From assembly GCF_036321535.1 (NCBI RefSeq), contig NC_087437.1, forward strand, positions 100,070,001-100,134,000: a DNA stretch of 64,000 nt. The letters are read 5' to 3'. Origin of the DNA: Camelus dromedarius (lineage: Eukaryota). The position numbers were made by a program, and so were the translations under genes. Every line of letters starts with the position of its first letter. The first letter of the stretch is position 1. Of the stretch, positions 38,830-52,074 are shown one piece after another. The notes under the pieces were generated by a model that was given only the letters and a program-made list of their open reading frames with translations, had not been told where the DNA came from and ran no database searches.

Positions 38830-39700
38830 ATCTATAACTCACCATGCAATGCATAATTTTGCTGTCATATGGCCGCAAATTTGACACTTATTTTGCCAAA
38901 AAACATAGGTATGAATATGAAAGAGGCCCCCTCTGAGAGGTACTGCTCAGTATCCCACTCATTCCCCAGTCTTTCATTGTCAAAGCTTGACCGGCCATTA
39001 TTTACCAAATCAGATTTTGTTGCCCTTCATTTCTGCACAGATTCACTTAAAAATCATCTTTTGAAAGACCCATAAGTTAATTTACTTTAATTGTCATTCA
39101 TTGTTTCGCATCCTTTAATATTAAATGCCATAAACTGCTCTGGATAAAAGATTTTCACAGCACGTGTGAATGTAGACAATTTTACAATTCCCTTAAAACA
39201 GCCATAGTTGTAGATATTAACTGTGAAACTTTCTATGATTATTTCCATTTTACATAAAAATCACTCCTTCCCTTCACACTTTGCTGCCAAATTCTTTGTT
39301 TCAGGTCTACAAGAGTCATTATTGAAAGAAAAATGGGTACTGTTTTTAACCTAAGAATTATTATAATTTAAAGAACCCCCAAAATTCAGCATTTTCTGGG
39401 TTAAATTAGCGCACTACATGAGTATCTGCAATTCAAATAAGTCCTCTGAGAAATTGGCCTCCGTAACCGGTGACGTGCTGCTGAACTGAACAGATCTCCA
39501 AAATATCCTAACAGATTTCTTTCTCTCATTGTAGAATTGTTTCCATCTGGTGCTTAGATATTAAACCTGGAACATGTAAAGTCTCTCCCCTCTCACCCTG
39601 TTTGACTTCCAAATGCTGGCAAATAATTTGCATTGTCAATGAATTGAGGATTAAAATTTTGAATTTAACTGCACAGTTGTAAGATGTATAATTTAAAATG
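38830..39700. promoter_or_regulatory. Candidate developmental enhancer/CNE
   Basis: Repeat-free; dense POU, Meis, E-box, Sox and Hox-type motifs (see findings). Confidence 0.3.
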
Positions 39701-41968
39701 ATAGATCCACAAAATAGTGGCTTTTTCTTTTAATTTTGAAAATTAGAGACTTGAAATGTTTGTTGTTTGTAAATATTCTAATTCAAACCTGTTTGGTTGA
39801 AAAGAATAAAACTTTCCTTATTTTTTTCCCCAAGTTTAGGCTATTGAAACATAAATTTATGAACAGTCTTATAGGCCAGCTTTTGTATGTATATATTTAT
39901 AACAGACTCCGAGTATCTAAAAACACATGTATGTACATATTTAGAAAGATAAGTAGATGGATATTTAGATGTATACATGTAGAATTTTCCAAGATTCTAG
40001 GTCAATGACAATGATTTCCTCATGAGAATTTTAAAGATCCTTCACAGTAATAGAAAATGCCTGACTTTTAAAACTGGCAACATTTTTCATAGCATCTTAA
40101 TTGGAAAGCACAGAGTTACTTCTAAGAAACATAATTGGTTCCAGAAATGTTTAAACCACTGGGGGAATGTTTATATGAAGTGAGCAATAGTGGAGAGGAG
40201 TGAATAAACCAATTCTATGCACATTGCCGGAGAAAAGCCTGGGAGCACACACATGGAGGGTTAGAAGGGAACCATGTGCAGAACACAATCATTACAATCT
40301 CCTTCTACTTGTCATTAGTCTTGCAACTTCTGCCCATCCCTCTTAGCCTAGCAGTGGATCTCACATGCCTTCCAGAGTAAAGCTGTCTTGTCCAAATCTT
40401 CACACTTCATGCCTGTCCTCCCCGCAACCATCTTTTCTTTTTGATGTCCCATCATACTTTCTACACATTGTCTCTTATTTAATTATTTCTTATGATTTCT
40501 TTCCCTTTAATTTGATCTGCCTTGATCTTCTGGAATATTCTCTGATGCTCTGGAGTAAAACTATGCATTTTTCCATTTCACATCCATCTCATGGCTTGTT
40601 AAAAATAACTGGATTTCTACATAGCTTATGAGACTCCTTACCATCTCTGTTCAGTGTGCTCACACTTAACTTTAAAAAAAGTTTGAGGAGATTCATAGGA
40701 AAGGAACTGACACAATTTTCAGGAGGACAGTTAAGGAGGTTTTGCTGATAAGCATATAGTCACTTAACTAATTCTAACAAACATCTGTGGGAATGTTTTA
40801 AAGCACGTTAGTTCAGCTAGATCTCAGCAAGACCCATAATCTTGACCCAAAAATCTCCAAACAAAAAGATTCATTAGAATGAGTGAGAATTTTTCATAAA
40901 GCTGCAAGATGTCATGGAATGAGTTTTTATAGTTGCTTGCCATGCAAAATATTATAGCACAGATTTAGAGCTAATATTGGAACTAGACTAATCTTCTAGG
41001 ACAGGCGTTCTCAAAATACTGTATATGCCTTAAACTAAATCTGAGAAAGACCCCCAAGCAGCCATTGCAGGTGGCAGCTTGGGAGTATGACAGACAATCA
41101 CGATGTGTTCTTTCGGCTGAAAGCAGCAAACACAGTATATCTATGCTAGGAGGTGATCGATGCGATTGCTTTGTGTCTTTTCATCCATTCAGAAAGCAGA
41201 AAGAAAGAAAGGAAAATTTTGCTTCATCTGATGAAAAGTTGCATTTTTCTTTTGTCTCTTTTTTCCTTCCTCTCTCCCATCTGCCCTCCACTCCACTCCA
41301 ACCCCCTTAGTTCCTCCATTTGTATTACAGCAGCACAAACTCAGAGGAGGGGTGGAGACTCAGATTTCGGGTGGTCTTAGCAAAGCTTTAGTCTTTGGCT
41401 AACCTCTCCTCACATTGGTAAGTAGCCAAGAATTCCCCATATTCAGGAGAATCACTTTGAAAAGCTGTATATGTATGTCAGGGTACATATCCATATATTT
41501 GTTCCGATTTAATAAGCAAAACTGAACAACAGGGCCTTGTCAGCCAAAGCAACGACTATTTCTCCTAAACTAAAAACATATCCTTGTGTAAGTTATGGTT
41601 CTTATTTGGTTTCAGCGTTCATTTATTTCAGTTTATTGTTTGACATCTCCCACTAGCTGAGCCAGGAAACTCATGGCAATGCCTCAAAAAAAAAAACTCC
41701 ACCATCACATTTACTTTTTAATTTGTTCTGATTCTTTACTCTCTCTTACACTCACAAAGTTTCATGCAATAACTGCTCAAAAAAAAAAAAGATAGTATTT
41801 GCTCCTTGTATCTGAGTATTGTTTTAGAATCCATACATAAAATCTCCCTTGCAGCTTCTCCTTTTCATTATGAAGTTATATTTGATTTAGATTTGCTTTG
41901 AAAGGCCAGTTTTATATTTTAATTAAAGGGAGAAATAAAATGTCCTTTTTCCTAAAGCCAACTCACAA

Positions 41969-41998
41969 AGAATGAGGGAGTTATTTCTCCCTCATTCT
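41969..41998. repeat. Perfect 12-bp inverted repeat with 6-nt loop
   Basis: AGAATGAGGGAG-ttattt-CTCCCTCATTCT. Confidence 0.95.
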
Positions 41999-43227
41999 CT
42001 CTTAACAAAAGAGTTTAAGTTCCCTGAATTAGGGTAAAGATAAAGGGGGAAAGTCATCTGCACGGCAAGCATGTAAGATCACGGAATTTGGAAACGCCTA
42101 TCTTTTTGGTACTTGGCAACACATAGTAAAACTATCCACAAGGGAAAAAAAATGCCAACATCATTTCAACGAAAATAGCCAAACGACTGCCAGATGACAA
42201 AACAGCAAATTCATCTACGCTCACTGATGCATATCCAGACTTTCCAAATGAAACCTGCATCAAAGGAAAGTTTGAGCACTTTCCTATAAGATCAATCAAT
42301 TCTAAACTACAGTTGATACAACTTTAAAGAGTTACAAATTTCCACTATTTTAATCTCTCTAACTCTTGAAAGCAATCTTATTTTGTTTGATTGCAGTTGA
42401 GTCAGAAACAAGAAAAGGCACATTTAAAATGGAGAATTTGTAACACATTACTGATTTCCTTTCTTGAGCAGTTTTCCCCACAAAGAATGCCAAAACTTTG
42501 TAAATTTGATTGGACTGGTACTGGAAAATGTAAACAACATTACAAAATAACAATGAGAACATTTTATCCAGGTTAGCACAAATAGATAAGCCTTGTTTTT
42601 GAATGAAAAAAAAATTCCATGGAAACTCATGCACAAAAGAAGGGAGCATTTCAGGCTCACACTAGAAAGGTAATTGGCAGGAACCAACTACACAGTATTT
42701 AGTGTATCTGTCCTAGAACAAAACAGAGCTACACTGAGCAGGGATTTGCACTCGCAAAGAATGAATCCAGGTATTACAAATAAATGTTTAAAGAACTACT
42801 AGCTATTTGTTTTCAACATTCTCCTTATACTTGTTGAGTTCTTGAGTAAGTTATAGAAGAACTCTATATCCAAAGCATCTTCAAAATACCAAAGCCCAGA
42901 AAAGCCACCAAAAAAGCAATCTTCATTCAATGTGCTTCTGTTCCAGAAGAATGTGAGAATTAGTTTTCTCCAGAAAGTGAGAAACCTAATTTCAACGATG
43001 ATGACTTTTCCTTACATTCAACTGAGAAAGGGGCAAAAAACTAAACTTTTATTTGAAGTTTTACAAGTGTACACCCTGAGAATATCATTTTATCCTGAGA
43101 ATATTTAGAATAATGCTAACAGTTATTAGTTACTAACATTGGTTCTATCCCAAGATAGTAGATCAAGCACGTACATCTATCTGGAATATTTTCTGAAACC
43201 CTACCAAAAATACAATATCAAAAAAAA

Positions 43228-43440
43228 AACACTTTATTGAGGTATGATTGACCTACCAAAAAACTGAACATATTTCATGTGCACAAATTCATGAGTTTGA
43301 AGATGAGCATGCAGTCATGACATCATCACCATACGTAGTCTCATAAACAAACCCATCACCTCTAAAAGTTTTCTCCCAGACTGTTTATTTATTTATGTAT
43401 TTATTTATATGTGTATGTATTTTTGATAAGAAAACTTAAT
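43228..43440 (-). mobile_element. L1MA10/L1MB1-type 3' end
   Basis: actttattgaggtatgattgac...cccatcacctctaaaagttt. Confidence 0.75.
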
Positions 43441-44321
43441 ATCAAGGAAATATAAATCAAAACCACAATGAGATATCACCTCACATCCATTAAAATGGTT
43501 ATTATCAAAATAAAAGATAACAATTGTTGGTGAGGTTGTGGAGAAAAGAGAACCCTTGAATACTGTTGATGGGACTCTAAATTGGTATAGCCTTTATGGA
43601 AACCAGCACGGAGTCTTCTCATAAAAATTGAAAATGGGACTAGGATACGATCCACCAATTTTACTTCTCTGTATATACCCAGTGGAAATATAATCACTAT
43701 CTCAAAGATCTGTCTGCACTCCCACGTTCATTGCACTATTCATACTAGTCAAGATATGGAAGCAACTTAAGTATCTGTCAGTATATGAATGGATATGGAA
43801 AATGTGATGTATTTACATAATGGAGTATTATCTGCCTTAAAACAAAAGGAAATCCTGCCATTTGTGACAACATGAATGAACCTTCAGGACATTATGTTAA
43901 GTGAAATAAGCCAGATAGAGGAAAACAAATGCTGCATGATCTCACCTATATGTGGAATCTTAATAGCTAAACTGATAGAACCAGAGAATAGAATGGTGGT
44001 TACCAGGGGCTATGGTTATGGAGAAAATGGGGAGATGCTGGTCAAGGATACAAATTTTCAGTTATAAGGTGAATAGTCTCTGGAGACCTAATGTACAGCA
44101 TGGAGACTACAGTTAGTAGCAATGTTTTGTAGATTTGAATTTTTCTGGGAGTCACACCAAAAAAATTTTTTTTGAGATTACTATATGAGATGATGGATAT
44201 ATTAATTACCTTCATTATGGTAATCACTTCACTGTGTATATGTATATCAAAAACTTCACAGTGTACTTATTAAATATATACACTTGGTATGGGTCAATAA
44301 TACCTCAGTAAAGCTGAAAAA
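43441..44321 (+). mobile_element. L1MA (MA9-like) 3' fragment
   Basis: aaaccacaatgagatatcacctcac...gaatggtggttaccagggg...atacctcagtaaagctgaaaaa. Confidence 0.85.
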
Positions 44322-44617
44322 TACCAGACGTGCAAAGATCAGGAAAATATGACTCATCATGAGACAACAGGTCATTCAACATAATGAATCTGACCCAGAA
44401 CTGATACAGATGTTGGAATTAGCAAGCAAATACATTAAAAGTGTTGTTTTAACTATATTCCATATGTCCAAAAAGTTAGACATGGAAGATATTTTTAACC
44501 TAATGAAACTTCTAGAGATCAAAAACTATATTGACTAAGGTAAAAAATTCTCTGAATGAGATTAATGGTGATAGACATTAAAGAAGAAAAAGTAGTGAAC
44601 TTAAAGATATAATAATG

Positions 44618-45064
44618 GAGACTTAAATAGACATTTCTCCAAAGAAGACATACAGATGGCCAACAGGCACATGAAAAGATGCTCAACATTGCTAATTATT
44701 AGAGAAACACAAATTAAAACTACAATGAGAGACCACCTTACACCAATCAGAATGACCATTATTAAAAAGTCTACAAATGCTGCAAAGAGTGTGGAAGAAA
44801 GGGAACTCTCCTACATTGTTGGTAGGAATGTAAACTGGTGCAGCCACTATGGGAAACAATATGGAGGTTTCTTAAAAGACCAAAAATAGAGTTGCAATAT
44901 GATCCAGCAATCCCAATCCTGGGCATATATCCAGAGAAAACTCTTACCCAAAAAGATACATGCAACCCATTGTTCACAGCACTATTCATAATAGTCAAGA
45001 CACAGAAACAACCTAAATGTCCATCAATAGATGATGTGATAAAGAAGTTGTGATATATATATAT

Positions 45065-45116
<52 letters not shown>

Positions 45117-45575
45117 GAAATGCAACTCAGCCATAAAAAAACAATAAAATAATGTCATTTGCAGCAACATGGTTAGACCTGGAAATGGTCATCCTTAGTG
45201 AAGTAAGCCAGCAAGAGAAAGAAAAATACTATATGATATCACATATATGGAATCTAAAAAAAAATCACAAATGAATTTATTTACAAAACAGAAACAGACT
45301 CACAGACATAAAAAACAAACTTACGGTTGCCAGGGGGGAAAGAGCACGGGAAGGGATAAATCAGGAGTTCGAGATTTGCAGATACCAACTACTATACATA
45401 AAATAGATGTACAACACATTTCTTCTGTATAGAACAGGGAACTATATTCAGTATCTTGTAGTAACTTATAATGAAAAGGAACATGAAAACAAATATATGT
45501 ATGTGTATGCATGATGGAAACATTATGCTGTACACCAGAAACTGATACATCATACTTCAATAAAAATAAAAAAGA
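44618..45575 (+). mobile_element. Young camelid-type L1 3' fragment
   Basis: Low divergence: [25 protein letters not shown] and [16 protein letters not shown] peptides; 3' UTR gagttcgagatttgcagatac...aacattatgctgtacaccagaaa; A-rich tail. Confidence 0.9.
45069..45114. repeat. (CA)23 microsatellite
   Basis: Seen directly. Confidence 0.95.
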
Positions 45576-45907
45576 GAGACATAAAACTGAGAATAGATTT
45601 TCTGTAGGAAACAATGCAGGAAGGAAGACACTGGAGCAATTTGTCCAAAGTATTGAGAGGAAAAGAAAACTGACTACCTACAATGCTACACCCATAGAAA
45701 ACGTCTTTGAAAAATGAAATCAAAATAAAGATATTTTTCAGTATCACACAAGGCCATAAGAATTCCTAGTCACAAAAAAATTGAATTGAAAATTCTCCAA
45801 TATTTGAAAACTAAAAAATATGCTTTTAAATAATCCATAGGTATAAAAAAAGAAGTCCAAAGACAAACTAAAATGCATTTTGAACAAAATGAAAATTAAA
45901 ACACAAC

Positions 45908-46334
45908 TCTTATGAATTCAATTGTGTATCCCCCAAGTTATGTTCAAGTTCTAAACCCCCAGTATCTCAAAATGTGACCTTGTTTGAAAATAGGGTCATT
46001 ACTGGTATAATTTGTTAAGAAGAGGTAATAACTGGATAAGGTTGGCCCTTGATCCAAAATGACTGATGGTCTTACAAGAAGAGGAGAGACACACAGGAAG
46101 ACCATCACATGATGACAGAGGCAGAGACTGGAGTGACACACCTACAAACCAAGGTTCACCAAGGATCACTGCCACCATCAGAAGCTAGGAAGGGGCAAGG
46201 AAGGATTCCACCCAGAGTCTCAGAGGGAGCAGGGCTTTATTTAGAACTTCTAGCCTCCAGAACTATGATAAAATAAATTTCTGTTGTTAACAGTTTATGG
46301 TACTTTGCTATGGCAGCCCCAGGAAACTAACACA
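45908..46334 (+). mobile_element. MLT1C MaLR LTR
   Basis: aatgtgaccttgtttgaaaatagggtc...cagaagctaggaaggggcaaggaaggattc...ggcagccccaggaaactaacaca. Confidence 0.85.
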
Positions 46335-48914
46335 ATGTATCAAAATGTGTAGGATGCCATGAAAATAGTATTTAGAAAGAAATTTAAAGCACTTAATACT
46401 TTTACTGGAAAGTAGGAATCATCTCAGTCAACGACATCAGCTTCCAAAGTAGAAAGGAGAAAGAAATAAAATAAATATCAGAGCAGAAATCAATTATCTA
46501 GAAATCAGATTTTTTTTTCAATCAATGAAACCCCAAACTGGTTCTTTAAGAATATCAATAAAATTGACATACCTCTAGCCAGGCTGATCAGAAAAAAATT
46601 AAAAGACAGAAGATGACAATTGCCAGTATCAGGAATGAGAGAAGTAACATCACTTTAGAGTCTATGGATGTCTAAAAGATAAACATATTTATGGCAACAA
46701 ATTCAGAAACATGAAATGGAAAAATTCCTTGAAAAATAGTTATAAATGCCCACTCAAAAAGAAATGGAAATGTTATCTACTAAAATGTTTGCTGGTAGTT
46801 AATTTTCCCACAAAGAAAATTCCAGACACAAATAGTTTTCAAGATTATTTCTCCCAATTTAAGGAAAAAAATATTAATTCTACACATATGCTTCCAAACA
46901 CTTAAAAAGAAATTAGTAATTCCCAAATAATTCTATAATGCCAGAATTACCCTGACATCAAAACCAAAGACATTATAAGAAAATAAAACTAATGAATATC
47001 CCTCATTAATCCGGATCTTAAAAAAAAGTTCAAATCAAATTTTAGGGAAGAAATGTCACTATAATAAAAGATAATACACTATGATCAAGTAGGGTTCATT
47101 CAAGAAATTTAAGGTTAGTTTAACATCTGAAAGTCAGTCAACATAATTCACCATATTAACAAATTAAAAAAAGGCAAAGCATGTGTTCCTTTCAATACAC
47201 GAAAAAAAATATTTTGAATTAATTCAACTTCTATTACTAATAAAAACAAAACAAATCATAGAAAGTAAATCTCTAAACCTGATAAGGAGCATCTATGAAA
47301 AATCCAAACTAATACCATATTTAATGGTGGCAAACCAACTGCTATCCCCCTAAAATTAGGAACAAGACAGGGATGTCCACTCTCAACTCTTCTATTCAAT
47401 ATTGCACTAGGGCTTTTATCCACAACAATTAGGTAGGGGGAAAAAAATTAAAGCCATCCAAATTGGAAAGGAGGAAGAAAACCTATCTTTATTCACAGAG
47501 AGTGTGGTCATCTGTTTAGAAAATCCTTTGAAATACACACACATGAAAACTTCTAGAATAAGTCAGTTTAGAAAAGTATTAGGATACAAGCTTGATATAA
47601 AATACCAGTTGCATGTTTAAGAACTATCAACAAAAACTCTTCTTTGGAGAAGAATGCCAGATAATAAATATAAAATAAATGTGATAATCAGAAAAAACAT
47701 CATTTTCCAACCCCAATGTAATAATTTAATCAGGTAAGGATCAGCAATTGATACTAAAACATGGTTTACACTCTGGTGTACATTTAACATATGTCACATT
47801 TTATTAAAGCTACTAGCCTTCTTAGTCTAATAATTTTACGTTTGCTGGTATTTATCACCCATCTCCTTTGTGTAAACTAAACCTGGTGAGCTTCTCTCGT
47901 AATGAGCAGTAGTTCTGCTAAAGGTATGGTGAACTAAAGGTCATAGCAGCCTTCTCCAGGGAAGACTTTCTTGGATACCAGTGAATAATTTTGGTACTAG
48001 TACGGAGGTTATTTACAAGTCCTGCTCTAGTCTGTAAATAACTTAGATCTCTGTTTCCAGTCATTTTCACAAACAACAGAGATGCATATTCACAAGAGTC
48101 AACAAAGAAAGATGCTTTTTTACTATGTTTTCTAAGCTTTTGTGGTAATGACAAGGATAAGTATAAAATGTTCCTCCATTGTTATACATTTTATGAGATG
48201 AGATTGAAGTAAAGAGACTTGGTTATGTTTATCTTCCATTCTCCTTGTTCTCTTTGATAGCTGGTGTTTCTCTTTTCTAAAGAAGCAAAAAATAAAATAG
48301 AAAAAAAAAAACTCAAATGTTACTGATATGTTTTCAGCAGCAAAGTCTGCAACTTGAACACTTCACCTCTAGCAATTTCAGTATGATTTTATTTCAATTA
48401 GCTGGGGAACTACTGCTTTCTATAGCTGCAGGTGTGAAAAAGAGTAAAATTCCTCCAGCGATTGAAGCTGCTCTGAGTATTCTGGTAGGGATTTTGAATA
48501 TACATCTTCTGCTTCCCTCCTCTTCTTCCTTCCTTTAGAGCATTAAAATATCCAGGGAAATTAAATCAACCATGATGTGTTCTGTTAGACTTAGAATACA
48601 GTCTTTGTTTAAGAAAAATTCTTAAGAAATAGAAAGTTGTGTTTGTTATTATAAAAGGCTGATACAATCAGAAAAGCAAAACCACAAAGAAATGAAGATC
48701 ATATTATGTATTTCTGAATTTGAAAGTAGTGTGATAACTCTTAAGACTTTAATGATTTTTTTAAAGAAAACTGTTTTTAAAATTGTATTTCCCTTTCCTT
48801 TATTTTTCTTAGTTTTACTAGGAATATAGTTCTCAGTTCCTGCTTCCTGTTTCTACCTAAGGTAGCTGAAAATTTCTTCCCACTTAAATCTAGGGAAGTA
48901 ATTTATTCAGTGGT

Positions 48915-49552
48915 ATGTGATTCCATTTCCACTCCAAATAGTCTCGCACCAATTGGGTGTACTGCCATCCAGTTATGACACTAAGTTAGCATCAGATTCC
49001 ATGTTTAAGGACCCAGTCTTCCAGAAGACTACTCTTACTTTCGAGGCCAATTGCAAGTCTCAAAGGGTCTCCCAGGCCACCTGTACTTCTGACCAACTGG
49101 CTATCAATCCAGGAGATCTCCTTGAGCCCCTCAGGTTTAATAATTCATTAGAACAACTCACAGAACTCAGAAAAGTGCTATACGTATGAGTAGAGTTTTA
49201 TTACAAAGGGCACCTCACCAACCAGGAAACTCCACTGGGCTTCGGTGTCCAGAGTTTTTACTGGGTTTCTTTACATAGGTATGATTGACTAAATATTAGC
49301 CACATGACCAAACCCAATCTCCAGCCCTCTTCTCCTCCCCTGAGGTCAGGCTAGCCCAAAGTTACAGCCTTCTAATCACACGGTTGGTTTTCCTGGTGAC
49401 CAGCCCCCTACCTGGAAGCTACTTAGGGGACTACCATGAATCACCTCGTTAGCATAATAAAGATTCCCATCACTCAGGAGGCTCCAAGGGGTTTTAGGAG
49501 CTCCATGTCAGGAACATAGAAAAGAATCCAGGCAAATTCTTTATTATGCCAC
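48915..49552 (-). mobile_element. MER21-like solo LTR
   Basis: gtacttctgaccaactggcta...tagaacaactcacagaactcag...ggtgaccagcccc...ccaagggttttaggagc. Confidence 0.75.
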
Positions 49553-49847
49553 TTATGCCTAGCTGGTTCTGGTGCCTTTGGGCAGCCGCAGAAGCTCCTC
49601 CCACATTGCCTGTTGCCTGAACTATCTTTCCCACCTGTTCTGGGTTTGATACTCACTCCATCTGCTCAGCTCTGTCCTGTTATTCATCAAGTAGGTTGAG
49701 CATTCTACCATCACACCGTAGCCTCCGCCTCTCAGCCCTTGGCCCATGTCTCCATTTCTTCCAGATTACATCTTCATCTCTCCTATCCACAAATTTTCTA
49801 TCCTTTAATCAATTAAATAATATCTTTGGATTAACAAATTAATGTCA

Positions 49848-50377
49848 TGAGAGAACAAACTGCATACAAGTAAACATCTTAGTAGGAACAAGAACTAAGA
49901 CTGCGTATATGAACATGACTACTATTGCAGGAAATGCTTGCCCAGTAAGATAAAGTTGCAGGAATACTGAAAATCCATCCAAATAATCAACTCTTCAACT
50001 AGCCCCCTCTCAAAGCAATAGGCTGCTCACTAGAGTAAACAGCTCCTCCCACGGACAATACATAACGTGAAATGGCAAATTACTTGCTTATCAAAAGACT
50101 GTTTAATTATCAAAGCAATTCAAGACCTCACCTTGCTGTGTTCACTAATTCTAAACTATTATATTATGAGGATTGTTCAATCCCAATTAGTCCCCTGTCA
50201 TTTACAGACACCCTAAAACCAGTCCCCAAATTCTTACAAATATTTTCCCTTGATCTGTCCTTTTCTAAGACACTAAAATTTTGTTAAGAAGGTGGTCTCC
50301 TTTACTGGAGAATAATAAACTTCACTTTGCTTAAGCAACGTATTATTTCAGTGGTCTTTTTATGAAGTTAGCCATCA
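49848..50377 (+). mobile_element. ERV1-type solo LTR (MER110/MER90-like)
   Basis: TG...CA ends; aataaacttcactttgcttaagcaac...gtggtct 3' region. Confidence 0.55.
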
Positions 50378-50389
50378 GTAGTAGCCATT

Positions 50390-50639
50390 AAAGCTTTTTT
50401 TCCTGTAAGATTCAGATAAGGGTAGCCCGCCATCTAACCATTTTGACCTGGTCTCACAGAAATGATTCTGATATGGGATGTGGATGATCCTCTGTCTGCT
50501 GCTAATTCTGTGGGTGATAAACCTTGGCTCTGACCCAGCAGTCTTGCATCTTCTGACAGCATCCACAAAACTGTGGCAGGCTAACAACTTCTTACCTTGC
50601 AAACAGGGTAAAACATTAGAATCTTTGCATTACTTGACA
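50390..50639 (+). mobile_element. ERVL solo LTR 3' part (MER74/MER76-like)
   Basis: ctctgacccag...cagcatcca...actgtggcaggctaac...agggtaaaa...cttgaca. Confidence 0.6.
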
Positions 50640-51149
50640 ACCTGTTATATTAGAAAATAGAAATAAAGGATTTCTGGATAATAACATGTGAGTGATAATA
50701 CTCTTAGGTGGCTCTTTTATATGAAAGGACAAAAATAGAAAGTGAAATTGACAAAAATCATTAAGCTTACTTCTGGTGGAGTTGGATGTTTGATTTTAAG
50801 CAGTCCACAGAATGTCAAAAAAAGAATTGGTGACATAAATCAAATGCTTTAAATGAATTTAAACCAGTTGCATGTATAGATACAGTATAAAAATGAACAC
50901 AAAAGATTTTGTTTTTCTAGCATTATAATCTAGCATTACACAAAATAATATTATTTATTTATTGTCTAGGCAGTAATGTTAGAAATTTTTCTTTTGACTT
51001 AATTTTAATTATCTTAATTCTTAGGAAAGATATTGGTAAGAATTGTTACCATTCAAGAACATGAGTCAGTGTAGGGCAATAACCCTTTCTTATGGCCTTT
51101 GCGTACATACGTTACAATACACGACAGTATCCTACATACGATACATCCT

Positions 51150-51340
51150 CAATAAAGAAAAAAATATGAGAAAAAAGAAAACAAAATATGAGAAGGCGAA
51201 GGAGAGATGGTGAAAATGGAGAAGCATAAGAATAAAACTAAGCTTATGAATAAATAAAAGAGAGAAGAAAGAGGGGAGGTAAAAGAGAAAAAACATAAGG
51301 AAGAAGAGGAAGACTACGAAGAAGGGAGGAAAGAGACAAA
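51150..51340. repeat. GA-rich low-complexity tract
   Basis: Seen directly. Confidence 0.8.
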
Positions 51341-51499
51341 GTAATTCTTTTTGTATCACAGAAAAGTAACACGGCAAGGAATTCTCAAGACTTACTCAAG
51401 TTTTGGCAGAAGCTGTAAGGATTACAGGATGTGTGTTTAAAAAGTTAATAAAGGAAAGTGAAACAAGTTACATAAAAGGCATAAAGTAGCATTTCTTTT

Positions 51500-51811
51500 T
51501 TAATTTTTCTCCTCTATGGGTGATTGCCTAAGACAGTGTTTCCCATGGGCTCCTGAATCATAACCAAGCGGTGCTGGAGCCAGTTCAGGGGACCCTGCGG
51601 GGTGCATAGCTGAGATGAGGTCTGTATGCCTAACACCCAATGCACAGGTGGGCGAGACTCCTCCCCATCCCTTGGCATATGGTACAGATCTCACAGCTCC
51701 CACAAAGGCACTTTTGTCCATGGATGGATGCCACATCGTTTTTGTTGGGGGAGTGGGAGGAATGTGACAAGGGACATCTTATTCAGCAGCCATATTGCTG
51801 ATGTCACTCTT
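51500..51811 (-). mobile_element. L1M2/M3-type 5' UTR fragment
   Basis: aggcacttttgtccatggatggatgcc...gccatattgctgatgtcactc. Confidence 0.55.
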
Positions 51812-52074
51812 GAGAACACACCATTCCTTTTTCTTTAATTTCTTAATTGAAGTATAGTTGATTTACAATGTTGTGTTAGTTTCTGGTGTTCAGCAAAGTG
51901 ATTCAGTTATATTTTTCAGATTCTTTTCCATTATAGGTTATTACAAGATATTGAATATAGTTCCCTGTGCTCTACAGTAAATCCTTGTTACTTAGCTATT
52001 CTATGTATAGTAGTTTGTATCTATCAATCCCATGCTCCTCATTTATTTCTCCTCCAACTTTCCCCTTTGATAAC

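Larger units (their letters stand above)
44325..47760 (+). mobile_element. Old L1MC-type LINE (ORF1/ORF2 remnants), interrupted by a young L1 and an MLT1C
   Basis: ORF1-like gatacagatgttggaattagc; ORF2 remnants (ggaacaagacagggatgtccactctc); L1MC-type 3' piece at 47650-47760. Confidence 0.7.

Noticed and set aside
43228..44321. Twin-priming L1 inversion
   Set aside because: Both pieces carry their own, different 3' termini, so they are two separate insertions
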